From NCBI GenBank assembly GCA_013265495.1, contig MU058213.1, forward strand, positions 310,001 to 374,000: 64,000 nt of DNA. Direction: 5' to 3'. Shown here one piece after another: positions 1 through 14,039 of this stretch. A program made the position numbers and the translations under genes. Source of the stretch: Vicugna vicugna (taxonomy: Eukaryota). The first letter of the stretch is position 1. Every line of letters starts with the position of its first letter. The notes below the pieces were generated by a model. It made no database searches. It saw only the letters and a list, made by a program, of their open reading frames with translations, and had not been told where the DNA came from.

Positions 1-252
1 ATCAGCTATTTTTCCATGGAATGCTGTTTCCTTTCAGTGGAGAATGGTATTTAGAAACCAAGATCTAGACACCAGCTGTTTCTGCTACTGGAGTAACAAT
101 TGCATCTAGGCCCTCTCCACTGACAGATCAAAAAACAGGTGTGTGTGTGTGTGTGTGTATGCATGCAGGTGGGTATGTGTATATATGCAGACACCCACAC
201 ACACTGGAGTAACAATTGCATCTAGGCCCTCTCCACTGACAGATCAAAAAAC

Positions 253-289
<37 letters not shown>

Positions 290-1370
290 CAGGTGGGTAT
301 GTGTATATATGCAGACACCCACACACACTTTCAACTTTCTACTGAAAGGCTTAGAAGCACTGACATCCAGGACATGCATACATCCCCACCTTACCTATAC
401 ATCTCTGTACCTGTATACCATTGCTCTCTCACTCTCTAAATATGTATATATACATGGATACACACATTATAATATAAACACATAATATGTACATATATGG
501 ATACACACACACATATATGTGAGGTCACACTGATGCCTCTAATCTGATTATATCCACAACACAATGCATTCTAGCCTTCCTACTTTCCGTATTTTTAACT
601 CCCTTCTTCAATAATAAGAAACCTGGTTCACATCATCCAATATAAATTAATCCACACCTGTGGTACATTTGTTGTTTTGTTTAAGAAATGTTTTGCAACC
701 TAAAGATCATGAATAAATTTTCTACATTGCCTTCTAAAATCTTTATTGTTTAATCTTTCACACCTGGATCTGTAATCTACCAAGAGCTCATTTTTGTGTA
801 TGGTGTGAGATAGAAGCCAAGTTTCATTTCTTTCCTGTATAAATAAGAAAAGGTCCCAGCACTACTGATTGAAAAGATCAACCATACTAAGCTACCACAT
901 CGTCAGAAGTAAATCAAGCATCAGTAAATGTGTGAGTCTGTTTCTGGTGCTCTGTGTTGTTATAGTGGCATATTTGCTCTTAGGCCACCACCACACTGTC
1001 TTAATGACTACAACCTTATTAAGTCTTGAGCTGGTAGAAATAGTCCTCTCATCTTATTGCTCTTGAAGATTGTCTTATTTATTCTTGGCCCTATCAATTT
1101 CCATAAAATCGAGCATCATTCCATCAAATTCCACAAAATCCTCTTAAAAGTTTTGGCTGGGAATACATCAAAGCTATAAATGAGCTTGGAAAGAATTGCT
1201 ATCTTCACAGTAGTGAATCTTCCAGTCCATACACATGGTATCTATCTCCTTTTATTTAGGTCTCTTCATAAAGTTTTATCACTTTTGCCCACAGAAATCG
1301 TCTACATGCATTATTATACTTATTGCTAGTCCTTGGTATCTTTTGATGGTATGAAAAACGGTATCATAGT
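1..1370 (-). mobile_element. Old L1 fragments (3' UTR and ORF2-derived), antisense
   Basis: T-rich degenerate L1 ORF2-like text (e.g. tttttgtgtatggtgtgaga...) at ~660-1370, and L1MC-type 3' UTR-like sequence to its left. Confidence 0.7.
87..328. repeat. Two-copy tandem duplication (~116-126 bp unit) containing a (GT)n microsatellite
   Basis: Unit 87-202 is repeated at 203-328. The copies differ only in GT count (10 vs 16) and an ATGC duplication. Confidence 0.93.
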
Positions 1371-1374
1371 TTCA

Positions 1375-4300
1375 GTTCAGAGTAAGAATGATATTATATT
1401 ACATCTCTCCCACTGAATGCAGCCATAAAACACGGACAGAATGCATGGAACGGCTATCAAAGGACTCCAAAAAGTAAATGGTAGCAGGTGAGGTAGGAAA
1501 GAATAGAATTTGAAATCCACTGTACTAGCAGAGGATTTAACTAAAGTTAGAACGAAACCAAAAAGCAATAATGAAAGCTCCAGGAGAAACACAAGAAGTA
1601 GGAAAAGAGACTCCTAATTTTCAAGAAGAGAGAAAAAATTCCCCATTTATCCTTTTTTTTTCTTTTCTCCATTTCCTCACATCCCAGCCCCCAAGTAATC
1701 CCACAGCTCCAAAATGAGAAGCTGTGATCCCAAGAGAGTAGGGAAAACCCCTGTGGTTTTTTTTTTCTTTCTCTGTCCTGCTGCTACGTGGCACTGAACA
1801 CAGATACAGTCACAGGAAGTACAGAGCAGGGTAACTAAAGTCTCAACTTTCCATCCAGAGAACCACCAAGGGGAGCCCTAGGAAACTAGAAAGTAACAGA
1901 GAAATCACAAAAAGGAAAGCACTCATAAGAGCAACACAATAAACTTTTTTATTAACTCCTGGGCTCATTCCTGAGCAGCACATGCACAGATCATAACTTA
2001 AACAGCAGAATAAACAGGTCTCAGATCTGAGCTATAGGAGAGACCACTGTCCAGGTCTATACCATCTTATTCTGGCGACTAGCTGGCACATACACAGGTT
2101 ATATCCAACTAGCACTGCCAAGGGCTTTGAAAACAGAACTGGCATTGAAACTACAACCTATAGAAGGCTGGTGAGAACTTCTGGCCTGAACCCAAGTAAG
2201 TCAACCGCCGGCTAAAACAAACTAGCAACATCCTCCATAGCATTTACACAAGACTACAGTTTCATAACAATATTTTAAACAGTCCAGGTTACAATGCAAG
2301 ACTACTCAGCATACAAAGAACTAAGAAAATCTCAACTCACATGGGAAGGACAGCCAACAGTCACAGATCCTGAAATTAATACACAAAGATGTTAAAGAGG
2401 CTAGTATAAAAATGTTCAGAGAAGCATGGGTGAACACTCTCAGATCAGTAATCTAAGTGCCCATCTTAGTCAATTAGAAAAAGAGCAAAACAAATTCAAA
2501 GTGTGCAGGAGGCAGGAAATAATAAAGATAAAAGGAGAAATCAATGAAACTGACAACAGGAAAACAGAAAGATAATCGGAATGAAATAAAAATCTGGTTC
2601 TCTGTAAAAGACCAATAAAACTTATAAGTCTCAAGAAAGGCACACAGAAAAAGAAAGATGACAAAAACTACCAATATGAAGAATAAAGGCGAGACTATCA
2701 GTACTAATCTTGCAGACATTAAAAGGATAATAAAATACTACAAATAATTTTACACACATAAATATAACAATGAAATAGACGAAAACGACTAATTCCTCTA
2801 AAACCAGAAACTACAAAAACACATCCAAGATGAAATGTATTACTTCTACAGGCCTTTTACTATTAAAGAAATTGAATGTGATGTTAAAAACTTTCTGAAA
2901 TTCTGTATGTCTGAAACTAGTATAAAATTTTAAATAATTATACTTCAATTAAAAATACCTTTTGAAACTGGCAAATCCTACTAAAACTAATAATAAATGA
3001 CACCAATTCTACATGGTTCCTGACAGAAAACAGAAAAGGAAAGAATACTTATAAACTCATCTTATGAAACCAGCATTACAATGATACCAAAACCAAACAA
3101 AAACAATACAAGGTGAAAAAACTATAGGTCAATAATGAACATAGATGGAAATATGCTCTATAAAACATTAGCAAATCAAACCTGGCCCTACATAAAAAAG
3201 ATAATACACACCATAACCAAGTGGAGTTTATATCAACCATACAAGGCTGATCCATTTTGCAAAAATCAATATAATCTATCATATTAACAGTCTAAAGAAA
3301 AATCATGTGACTGTATCAATGGAAAAAAATGACAATATTCAAGATGTCTCCATGATAAAAATTTCAGCAAAAAAGGAATAGAAGGACATTTCTTCAAGCT
3401 TATAATGGACATATACAAAACAAAAAACAAGAAAGAAATCTAGTACTAGCCAATGCAGTAAGTACAATAAAGCAAATTAGAAATGGCTGAAGATTAGCAA
3501 ATGGATTAGAAGAAACCATCTTGAATGCTGAAAAGGACAAAAAAAAAAATACAGAAGAGAGGTGTTTAGACATAAAGTGTCTCATTTATATTTAATATGT
3601 TAGTCTCATGAGGACAATGGGGCAGAGACATCATTTGAAGAGATATTAGCTGAAAATTCTCCAAATTTGATGAAATACATCAATTCAGATTCAAAAAATC
3701 TCAAAAGTCCCAAACAGGATTGAAAATATATATATATATTTATTTATATAATATTATATTATATTATATTATATTATATTATATTATATTATATTATATT
3801 ATCATATAATACATGCACACATAGTTACAATTCAGTAAAACTCCAGAAAGACAAAGAAAAAAATCTTAAAAGCAGCTAGAGAAGAAAATACAACTTCTAA
3901 AGAAGCAACAGGCTGGCAGCTGACTTCTCAACAGAAAGACAGGAGGCCAGAAGACAGAGGGCTGATAGCCTCAAGATACTCAAAAGAAAATACTGCCATC
4001 CTCGACCTAGCAAAAATGTCTTTAAAGAATCAAACCAAATAAAGACATGTCAGACAAACAAAAGATGACATTACAATACCAACAGATCCACACCAAAGGA
4101 AGTTCTAAAGGAGGTTTTCCAGGAAGAAAGCAAATGATCCCAACTGGAAGGTGAGGGATGCCAGAAGGAGTGACAGGCAGAGTAACAGTAAATACATAGG
4201 TAAATCTAAATAAGCAATGATGATGTAAAATAATAATGTCCTAAAGAGTTTATAAATATAAACAGCTTTATCACAGAGGACGACAGATTTTAAGCAGTAA

Positions 4301-5720
4301 GAGAGTAAAAACGAACACACAGGGTTCTTGCACTGTCTGGAAGGAATGTAAAGCCTCATCAGACGTTGGTACATCAAATGGTAAGTTAAGAATGCATGTT
4401 ATAATTCCCAGGACAGAAACAGAGTGTATAACTTTAGGACTACTAGAGGGGAAAATGGAATGAAAAAGAATATTCATTTCAAAAGAGGCAAGAAAGGAGA
4501 AAAAAGAGAGCAAAGAACAAAGGCACCTAATAGATGGTGAATTTAAACACAAGCATGCCAGTAATTACGTTAAATAAAACTGAATTAAAAGTTCTAGTTT
4601 ACACAAAAATTATCAGGTTAAATTTTAAAAATCCAACTATGGGATATTTAGAAGACACAGGTCTGAAACATAACTACCCAGAGAAAGTGAAAATAAAAGG
4701 ATGGAAAAAATAAACTTCAAAACTACTAACCAAAAGAAAGCTGATAAAACTATATTTTATCAGGTAAGGTAGGCTACAGAAACCATTACTAGAGATAAAG
4801 TTTTTTAAACGATTACTTTGCAATGATAAACAGGTCAATTCACCAGGAGGATATAATCATTTAGAATTTTAAGCACAAATAAAGCAATAATTGACAAATC
4901 TACAAGAAGACAGGAATAAATCCATACTCACAGATTTTAACACATATTTCTCTCTCAGTAAGAGAATGAATAAGCATATAGAAAAGCAGGAGAATTTTAG
5001 AGGATTTAAACAAGATGATTAACAAACTTGACCTAAAAGACATATGTAGAACACTGTAACAACTGCAAGGTACATCCTTTTTTTAAACATGCGTGAAACA
5101 TTTACATAAATTAACCAATTGAAATATCAACAAACTTAAAAAGATCAGAAGTATATGTTGTCTGTTGTTTGGACACAATATACCAAAGCTAGAAATTAGT
5201 AAGCAGAATTATAACTAGAAAAGTTCCATATATTTGGAAATTTAGAAACATATTTCTAAATTATCAGTTATTTTAAAAAATAGCTTTGTGGCATGCAGAT
5301 AAAGTCTTAAGAACATAAAACTTACATTCTAATTGTATGTTAGAAAGAAAGACTACAGTGAGCTGAACATTTATCTCAACAAATTAGGAGGAAAACAGCA
5401 AAGTTAACCCAAATAATGAAGAAAGAAGAAAATAATAAATTAAGAACAAGAGTTAACGAAATAGAAAATAAATATATAATAGAAAGAACTAATAAAGTTA
5501 GAAGTAGGTTATTTTAAAAAATTAGGTTGATCACTCTCTATTGGAAAAAAAGAGAAGCCACAAATAATCAACGGCAGTAATAAGAAAAGACACACTACAA
5601 CAGATGCTGCAGACCTTAAAAAGGCAGTAAGAGACTGCTGTGAACAATTTTATACTAATAAAGTTGAACAGCTTCCCAATAGAAGAATAAACTCTTAGAA
5701 AAATAACTACCCAAAACTCG
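1375..5720 (+). mobile_element. Degraded L1: 5' UTR-like (~1375-2440), ORF2 segment (~2445-3470), ORF1-like (~3480-4210), endonuclease/ORF2 (~4540-5720)
   Basis: A-rich strand with recognisable L1 motifs (cattacaatgataccaaaacc; aaaatcttaaaagcagctagaga; gctgacttctcaacagaaa). No intact ORF. Confidence 0.8.
3725..3805. repeat. (TA)n / (ATATT)n simple repeat
   Basis: Directly visible. Confidence 0.95.
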
Positions 5721-7916
5721 AGGGAAAAAAATATGGATACATTTTCAAATCAATAATATAAGCCTCCTACATGAAATCTCTGATCAATTTCCCAAAATGG
5801 TAAGAGGGGTTATCTCTGGATTGTACTATTACAAATAATTTTATCTTTCTTTTGCTGTTTTTCAAGTTATTCCCTTACAGGTCATATCATTTGAAAATAT
5901 TTTCTCCCATTCCATAGGTTGTCATTTCATTTTTGTCAATGAATTCTTTTGTGAAAAGCTTTTAAGTTTAATTAGATCCCATCTGCTTATTGGTTCCAGT
6001 CTTAATTCTGCCACAGGTTTCACTATGTGGCTTTGATTAAATCCTTTAATTCCTAGATCTAAAAGTCCTGTACCAGATCTAAACTGTAAAACGTCTCATT
6101 TCATGTACCAGTTTAACATACAAGATAGATATTAATCCTACATCTTCAAAAAAAATTGTCTTGTTTCCTTATATTAACTCCATACAACTGACACTAATAA
6201 TACTGCCAGAAAGTAGGGCTACTGTTCAATTACTTTACAACCAAACTTATCACTTTGGTAGTTTATAGGAATTTAACTAGTTTATAGCTTATAACAACAT
6301 ACACCAAGTCCTCTTGCACAGCAGTGCAGACTGAATAGCTGGTTTGCCTTAGAGTGTATGCAGAATGCCGAGGCGCACAGATATTTTTTGAATCAAGGAT
6401 AACCAGCAAGTTAGGCTAACCAAAATTCTACTGGGAAATGGAAACTTTCCTTTTTACTCTTTTTACTTTCAATATTTCAACACTGTCTGAATAATAGTTT
6501 TTCACAATGCAGATAGTACATTAATAATTTTTTAAAACAAAAAAGTGAGTTCTTCACGGTTTCCATTTGCTTTGTTTTTAATGGCCAAATTGGCTTTTGA
6601 TTATTAATTTTCCCAGCATAAAATGATAGCCACGTTTGAATGTTCCATTTATCTACATATTAGCACATTCCTAAAGTTACTTTCTAAAGGAAATCTTGCT
6701 TCTAACCAAGAATACTCATTTGGCTGAGTTCAGTTTACCACCAAGTTGGGCAGCCACCTCAATCATGTCTTTATCAGGCTCCTCAATTTTCAATTCCAAG
6801 CCCAGCTCAGCTATTTTTTTAAAACATGTAGCTCTTAAAATACAGAATCACAACACTCCAGATATTAGGTTAATCTCTAATTTTTTACGTATTAAAGTCT
6901 TTCAGAAGCACAACTGTGGAAAACTGAGAACTGCTTGATGGGCATACAGTCTATCAATTCCCCTCCATATATTGATATATATCCTTGGATAAACCAGACC
7001 AGCAAAACTTTATATCTGGATTATACTACCTCAGCTCTCCCTACCCCCATTCTATAAAATTCATTTATCTAAATATGGCCTAATGCCACTGACCTATATC
7101 AAATGGTACTATAAAAAATGGTGTTATAAAGTGGTCACTAAAAAAATAAAAATAAAATAAAGTGGTCACTATACTTACTATAAGAATGTTGTATATTACA
7201 CTGAGCACTTTTTCCATTTATTAATTTCTTGGGTACTTTTTTGTACCCAACAAATTTTTGTTCCAGGTGCTAAAGAAACAGCAGTAAAGGGCCTTGAAGG
7301 GTCTTTTCTAAGTGAAAAGAAGTCATTTGAAAGTTCTGAACAAGACTAATAATATCTGACTTATATTAAAAGGATCATTCTGCCTACTATGTTGAGAATA
7401 AACTGAAGAAGGATGACACTAAAGGCAAACAAAGCTGGGAGACCTGTTAAGAGCTACCACAATCCTGAAAAGAAATGACGGTGTCCTGGACCAGGGTGGT
7501 AGCAGCACAGGTGGTAAGTGGGCAGATTCCGGATGGATCCTGAACGTACAGTGAACAGAAACTGCCAATATTAGATACAGGATATTTAACAAGGAAAAGA
7601 GTGGAAGACTCGCAGAGAACTAGGGGGAAAAAAAGTGAAGTAGCCACTTATTGATTTTAGGGAAGGCTGGAGGAGGAAAATGTTACGAGATAAACATTCA
7701 AAAGGGAGATTGCAAAGAAACAGCTGGATATCAGGAATCTGGAATCAGGCTAAGAAGAGTGGTTAAAGGAAACAGAGGAAAACCAAAGACCAGGAGATCT
7801 AACTGAACAAAGTATTTCAATAAGGAAGAAAAGGCACTTTTACAGGAGAGAAAAGAAGAAACTGCTAGAGCAACATCCTTAAGTAGGTAAGAGGGGATGG
7901 GAACTACGATATTAAT

Positions 7917-8135
7917 TAGGGTTTCTCATAAGTGCAACAGTCCTGACATTTTAGGCTGAAAAATTTTTCTTCATGGTGGGGGGCAGTCCTGAGCATTGTA
8001 GGACGTTTATCAGGATCTCTGGCTCTCCTCACTAGAGGCTAGTCCTTTCACACAACCTTGTAAAAATCACAAATGTCTCCAGACATTGTCAAATGTCCCC
8101 TAGGGAGCAAAACCGCTCCCAGTTTAAGAGCACTG
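7917..8135. mobile_element. MER20-like hAT non-autonomous DNA transposon
   Basis: Recalled MER20 motifs aaatgtctccagacattgtcaaatgtcccctaggg...cactg. Confidence 0.8.
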
Positions 8136-11100
8136 GTATAAATGGAGGAACTGGCCTTTGCTGGAAACACTGACAACTCATCCACATGAAAGATCCTATG
8201 GTTAGAGTACATGACAATAATCTGAATATCTCCTTCTGATTAGATCCTCCCAAGTGTGGATACAGTCAAGGCCAGAGAAGACATGAAGAAGTTATTAGCA
8301 GATCACAAAACCAAAGTCATTACTCCCAGGAAAATGCTGGCATTTTGTTCTTGAACTACAGCTACCATATAAAGTATGTGTGTCTTTGAACTGAGTCAAA
8401 GTCAAAACTTTTATGTTTCTTGAGGGGGAGAGGGGATCCATCTACGCCCCCTTGTGTAATGCCCACAGAGTCACAGGTTTCCTGGGTTTCTCCCAAAGTC
8501 ACAAGAGGAAAACATCATGACTTAGTATGAATTAAATTAAATGTTATATTCCTGAAAGGGCTCAGTTTTTAGAATGGCCCTAAAGGAACATATCTCCAAT
8601 GATAATCTAAGAGCATGTTATCTATGCCTTTCAAATCACCACACCAAATTATCCTGTACAGTGGAGTCCGGCTCTACTCAGTGACCCCTTTCTACCGACT
8701 GACTTCTCTATCAAAGAGCTATGAGCTCACCATATTTTTAGGCATTTAGGATGGAGGAAAGGGGTTGCACTAAAGGAGCCCTTCGTGATCATGAATGAGA
8801 AGGTCTGAGTGTAACAAGCGCAACTGGCTTCACCTACATACATCAGGTGCCAGGCTCACATGACCTATCTCCAGGAGAAAGAAAACACAATTGTACCACC
8901 TGTGTGATTGTACCTGCTTCCTCAAAAACAGGCCCTATCCTTCCACAACAGGAATCAGGGTTCCAGAGCAAAAGTACAATGAAAAAGCGTTCTCCAAACT
9001 CAAGAAGATTAAGAACCCTAAAACTTCTAGTAAAATATCTGGCTTCCAAACTTGTTTTAAAAAATAACCCACAGGCTGAAGAGCTTTACTGAATCTGAAT
9101 TACAGATATTCTCTATTATTATCCCCCTTTAAACACTGCTTTGCTTTCCATCATAGAAGGAAATTAAATTGGTCAGGCATGACTCGTTTTTCCACTGCGC
9201 CACTGCGGTTGTAGCCCAACATCCTATGCTCTTTTTGATGATTAAATACTGCGACGCTGATTTGTTCTAAAAATGTCCCAAGATCCAAGTAAAGATACTG
9301 ATTATTATTTCTCAAGCCATCTTTCAAATATCCAAAGCACTAAGAACAGAAAGGAGTGTATCTACTTAGGGGTGGAGAACCCTAATCACCACCGCTCTGG
9401 CCCCATCTCCCACTCCACCGGCACTGTGACAGGACCATCTACCAGATGCTGAGAATACCATCGTAAGTAAGAGCCTTCTCCTCAACTGTGAGCCCAGAGA
9501 AGAACCACTACTTCACAGAGGCTCTGCATGGCTTAATCCCTGAGCCAGAAAGGAGGTCAGACTCCCTGACTGTAAAGTCTGACCAACAGTCTTGTACATA
9601 CCAGTGGAGGGGTGTATAAACAGAGACTCCAGACCTACAACTTCACCACAATCGCTTTAAGTTTCTGGTCCGTTTTCTCTTTTGGTCCTGGTAAATCTCT
9701 AGAGAAGTCCATATAAATGCCACCCAAGGTCTGAATACTTATAGAGAATCTAATTTAAGAACTTCACTTTACAGATGAAAAACCTAAAAAAGTTTTAGTG
9801 TTTTAGCCAAAGTCATATATGTAGTTAGTCTCTGACCTCCCATTTCTGGGGAGACCTTACTTGGGACTGTACCAGAGTTTCTGGGTAGCTGCTAGGAGTC
9901 TTTTCACATAAGCAAGAAGGCTAATTAACAATCTACACAGGGACCTAAGTAAAAACTTACAGAACCGCATATTCACCTATAAGCTGACACCAAACTCAAG
10001 GCCACAAACTCTGAATGATACCAATTTAAACAAACAAGAAGCTACTCTCCAAGAATAAATGGGCTAGTTTCTCCTGGAAACAAATCCATTCTAAATTCTT
10101 GACTTCTGTCTTTCCCTTTATTCTCAACACGTGCTGTCAACAGGTAAAGTTGTTACACCTACTGATAACCAGCCAGCACAGAAGCATTTTTCTGTCCAAC
10201 TCCCCAGTTTCCCGGGCGAAGAGTGATCTCTCACTTCTTTTGAATTCCCGCAAGAATTTAAGTGGCTCATAATACCACACAGCTGGTCTGCTCTGGTTAA
10301 GTACACCTCTTAACTCTCCTAGGAGATCACCAGGTTCCTACAATTCTTTAATTAAATTTCCTGAAATCAGGACTATGGTTTTTTGGGTTTGTTGGGTTTT
10401 TTTTCTTAAATCTCCATGGAGCCTCACACACCCATGTGTTCAACAAACACTCGCTAAATATATACACAGGCTGATCATTTTCAAAGTTCACTTTTGCCAT
10501 AATTCTAAGACTGGCATGTTACTCTACTCCTATGGAATTAAAATATAGCAAAATACTACAAAAAGAGATCATATAACATTATCTTCTAACTTTTAAATAA
10601 TTTTTTTATTCATTATATTCATTACTAGAAAAAACAATAACAACAACAAAAGTCAAGAATGTCAGAATACTGATCTATTTTCCTAAAAAGCTGTGGGTAA
10701 TGTCTGCAGATTCTATTTTAACATTCTAAGGGTATTCACTAGTTAATAAAGAAGTCCTGTTTTTTTTAATCACTTTTGTGAAGGGACAGTCACCCAATAA
10801 TGTATCCTTTATACCACACCATTCCTTGGTTTTTTTTGTTCTTACCATTCAGAAATGCCTAATACCCCTCTATTTTTCCAAGTGTCAATCTCCCATGAAC
10901 TCTTTTTTTATCTTCCCAACTACGTGTCATCTCTTTCATCTGGCTTACATTATAATTATCTACATCGTTTTTTAATCTCTGCCAGTATAAGTTCCCTGAG
11001 ACTGGAAAAGACTTACTAATTTCTGTAAACTTTTATCTATGTGTAGAATTTGTATCAGGTTGGATATCATCAAGGGCCCCTATATGCCTGAAAATACAGT

Positions 11101-14039
11101 CTGCACCCCTTAAAGCCAAAAGGTGAAAAAGTTTTAATTAATAATCATGTACCATCATTATTTTATATTTTAATTCTTATAGAAAAGCAAAAATTTTAAA
11201 TGAAGGACTATTTTCAAAAAGTAATAAACAATATAAAACAGGAGAAATTTATACTGTGTTGAAGTAAGACTTAAAACGTCCTCTTATCTATGAGACGGTA
11301 GTTGGAAATGTCTCAATGGCAAAATAAAGTACAACAAAGCTCATACAAGGTAGGAGATCATGAACCCTGGACTATCTGGGACCTGACTTATTGCACAATA
11401 ACAGTATTTCCAGAACTTAGCTCTCACACTGAAAAGAACAAAATCATCAAAAAGTGGTATGTATAGCTATTATTTACAAAATCACAAATATTTTTAAAAA
11501 TTGCTAACTGCCAAAATACTAGTGAAAACCATCATAGTCCACATGCTAGCGCTACAAGTATACGCATCACTGAGATTGTCCACTCCAAACTGCACCACCA
11601 TATCACCACAGGAGACATCAGGCCCTGGTGACATAATCACGCACAGTCATTCACAGCCCAGCGAATCACACCACCACCACCCACCACACACAGTGCAATA
11701 TGTTTAATACACTGTGCTTCAATGACAATGTCATAAGCACTTCAAAATTCTTTTAGAACAATTTCTTTTCAAAAACTATGTTCAAAGACTCTAAAATAAA
11801 TGATCTGCCCTGTTTTGGAAAGGTCCTCAGGTTATCACTGGCTAGCTCCAAGACAGTTTTTCCTTCTACAGTGGCCACCTCAAGGCCTCCCACACACACC
11901 CTCCAGAGCAGGCTCTCTGATAGGAAAGAAACACTACAGAGAAAAGCCCACCAGAGGAGAAGTCACAAGACCTCCATTCCAGTCCTGGCAGTTCTCCGTT
12001 TTAGTCATCTGACCCAGAACTAAAGTTTTTCATCTGATTGCTATACAAATCGAACAGCACACTCTACAAAAAGAAGCTGTACTTTTTTCTAATTCCTTTT
12101 TTTTTACTATACCAACATAGGCATTCAAATAATTGTTAGCTGATTCCTGAGTACTTGAAAACAACTTGCTCTCATTTTTTTTTAAGTAACTCTGTTCTTC
12201 ATAGAGTCCAAAAGTTCATTTCTAGTTCAAGGCAAAATTATAACTGGATCAGTGCATTCAAAACTAAGAAATTAAAATGAGATGGTAAATGACAGGTTGG
12301 TAAATGACAAGAGCCTAAATAATCAGTGTCACAGACAGACCTAAACCAGGTAAATTCTGAGTCAATATTTGGGAAAACAAAAAGCAAGGATTCTCTTGTT
12401 GCAACATAACAATGTAGGCTGGAATAAGATTAGTATGTCTACAGCAGAGGGGCCAAAATGAGAACATATAATCAAATATAAAGTCAAAGATAGCAGAAGA
12501 ATATCTGACAAGTTTAAATTTCATAACACAGATATTAGGAACAACTATATATTCCTGAGTCAAGAATGGTATGGCGAAGTGGTATTTGAAGAAAATTATT
12601 ATACCAGCAGCTGTGTGGAGGATAAACTGAAGTGATCAGAGATGTCAGGAAAACCAGTTTGGAAGTTTTTAATATTAAGTAATGCAAATAAGATTTTACA
12701 ATAAGGTGGTAACTAAGGACATGAAAAGGGGTAAATCTAATAGTCACTGCAGAGAGTCAGCTACACTTGCTGACAGGCTGAACTAGGGAGGCAGAAAAAG
12801 GTTTGAAAATGATTCCAACGACCTGGTAATGGGTGGCCTACAGCATAACCACACCTGCGCCGCGTAACAGTTCTTGCACTGGCTTTTTCCAGAGGGCACC
12901 TGAACCTGTTAAGCTTTATATACCAGGCCCGCAGTGAGACACCACCCCACTTTAGATGGAAACAGAAAACTACTATCACCATGATAGAGTGGGAATACCC
13001 CATAACCAAGATTACAGATTTGTTTCCTGATGGAGAAAGCTTGCTTTTCTAACCCTGGGAAACTTCCTTCCCACCTACACAATCAGGAGAGGGAAATTTC
13101 TTCTCTCTATAACCCTAAGATTGTCTACACACTTCAAGTCCAAGGTCAACACTATATGGATCTTTAGGTCACGTGTACACAAAACACAGATGACACCACT
13201 GATAGGGGATAGGTTTAACAATACAAGTCAAGAAAATTGTATTTTTAAAGAGTTCATTCTGAATTGTACAAAGCCGAGTTGATTACAATTACAATTAAAA
13301 TAACCAAAAAGCAATCTTACGGGGTTACTTCTAATGTATCACAACGATAAATTCTGTTCCACAATGCACTGTGCTACATAATGATTCTGCAGTTTTGCAG
13401 GAGCTTTTCTTATTCCTGCAGCCTTAAATTCATGCTGCTGGAAAGCAGACATCAGATCAAAGTGTTTCCCTTGCCTAAAAAGCATACCATTATGCTATTT
13501 TCAATTTTATTAAGCAGAATGGTTATCAATAGCAATGTGCATTTAATCGAAGTCTCATTATCTATAGTTCCTTCTAAGGAGAATCATGTATAAATTTATA
13601 CAAAAATGGAACTCATGTTAATCCACGAGTCTTTCTAGGGGTAAAAGAAGCTCTAGGGCTTGGTTTGAACTGTCTATACTAACAATACCCCTTTCTCATC
13701 CATCCAAGCTCGTTGAGAAACATGGCTATTTTATCTACATTTTAAAGACGTTCTAGCACATTACTGTTTACATACACTTTAGTCGCACAAGCCAGAAAAA
13801 CACTGTCATAAAATTTTCACACTGTCTTACCTTAAAAACAATGAACCAGTCTACCTTGCAAACGGATTAAAATATTATCTAGGGAGGTTACCAAAACTAT
13901 GATCTCATGATAAATAAGAGCTCTCCAGGCCACTGTCACTCTAACCACTCCATTCTAAATCTTTCGGGGGCAGAGAATGAATTTTTCTATCTTCTTGCTG
14001 GAATTTAGATTCTGTATATCAGGAAATAGAGGGTCAGGC

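Noticed and set aside
128..485. ORFs with HTHTHT/VCVCVC runs
   Set aside because: These are translations of (GT)n microsatellites.
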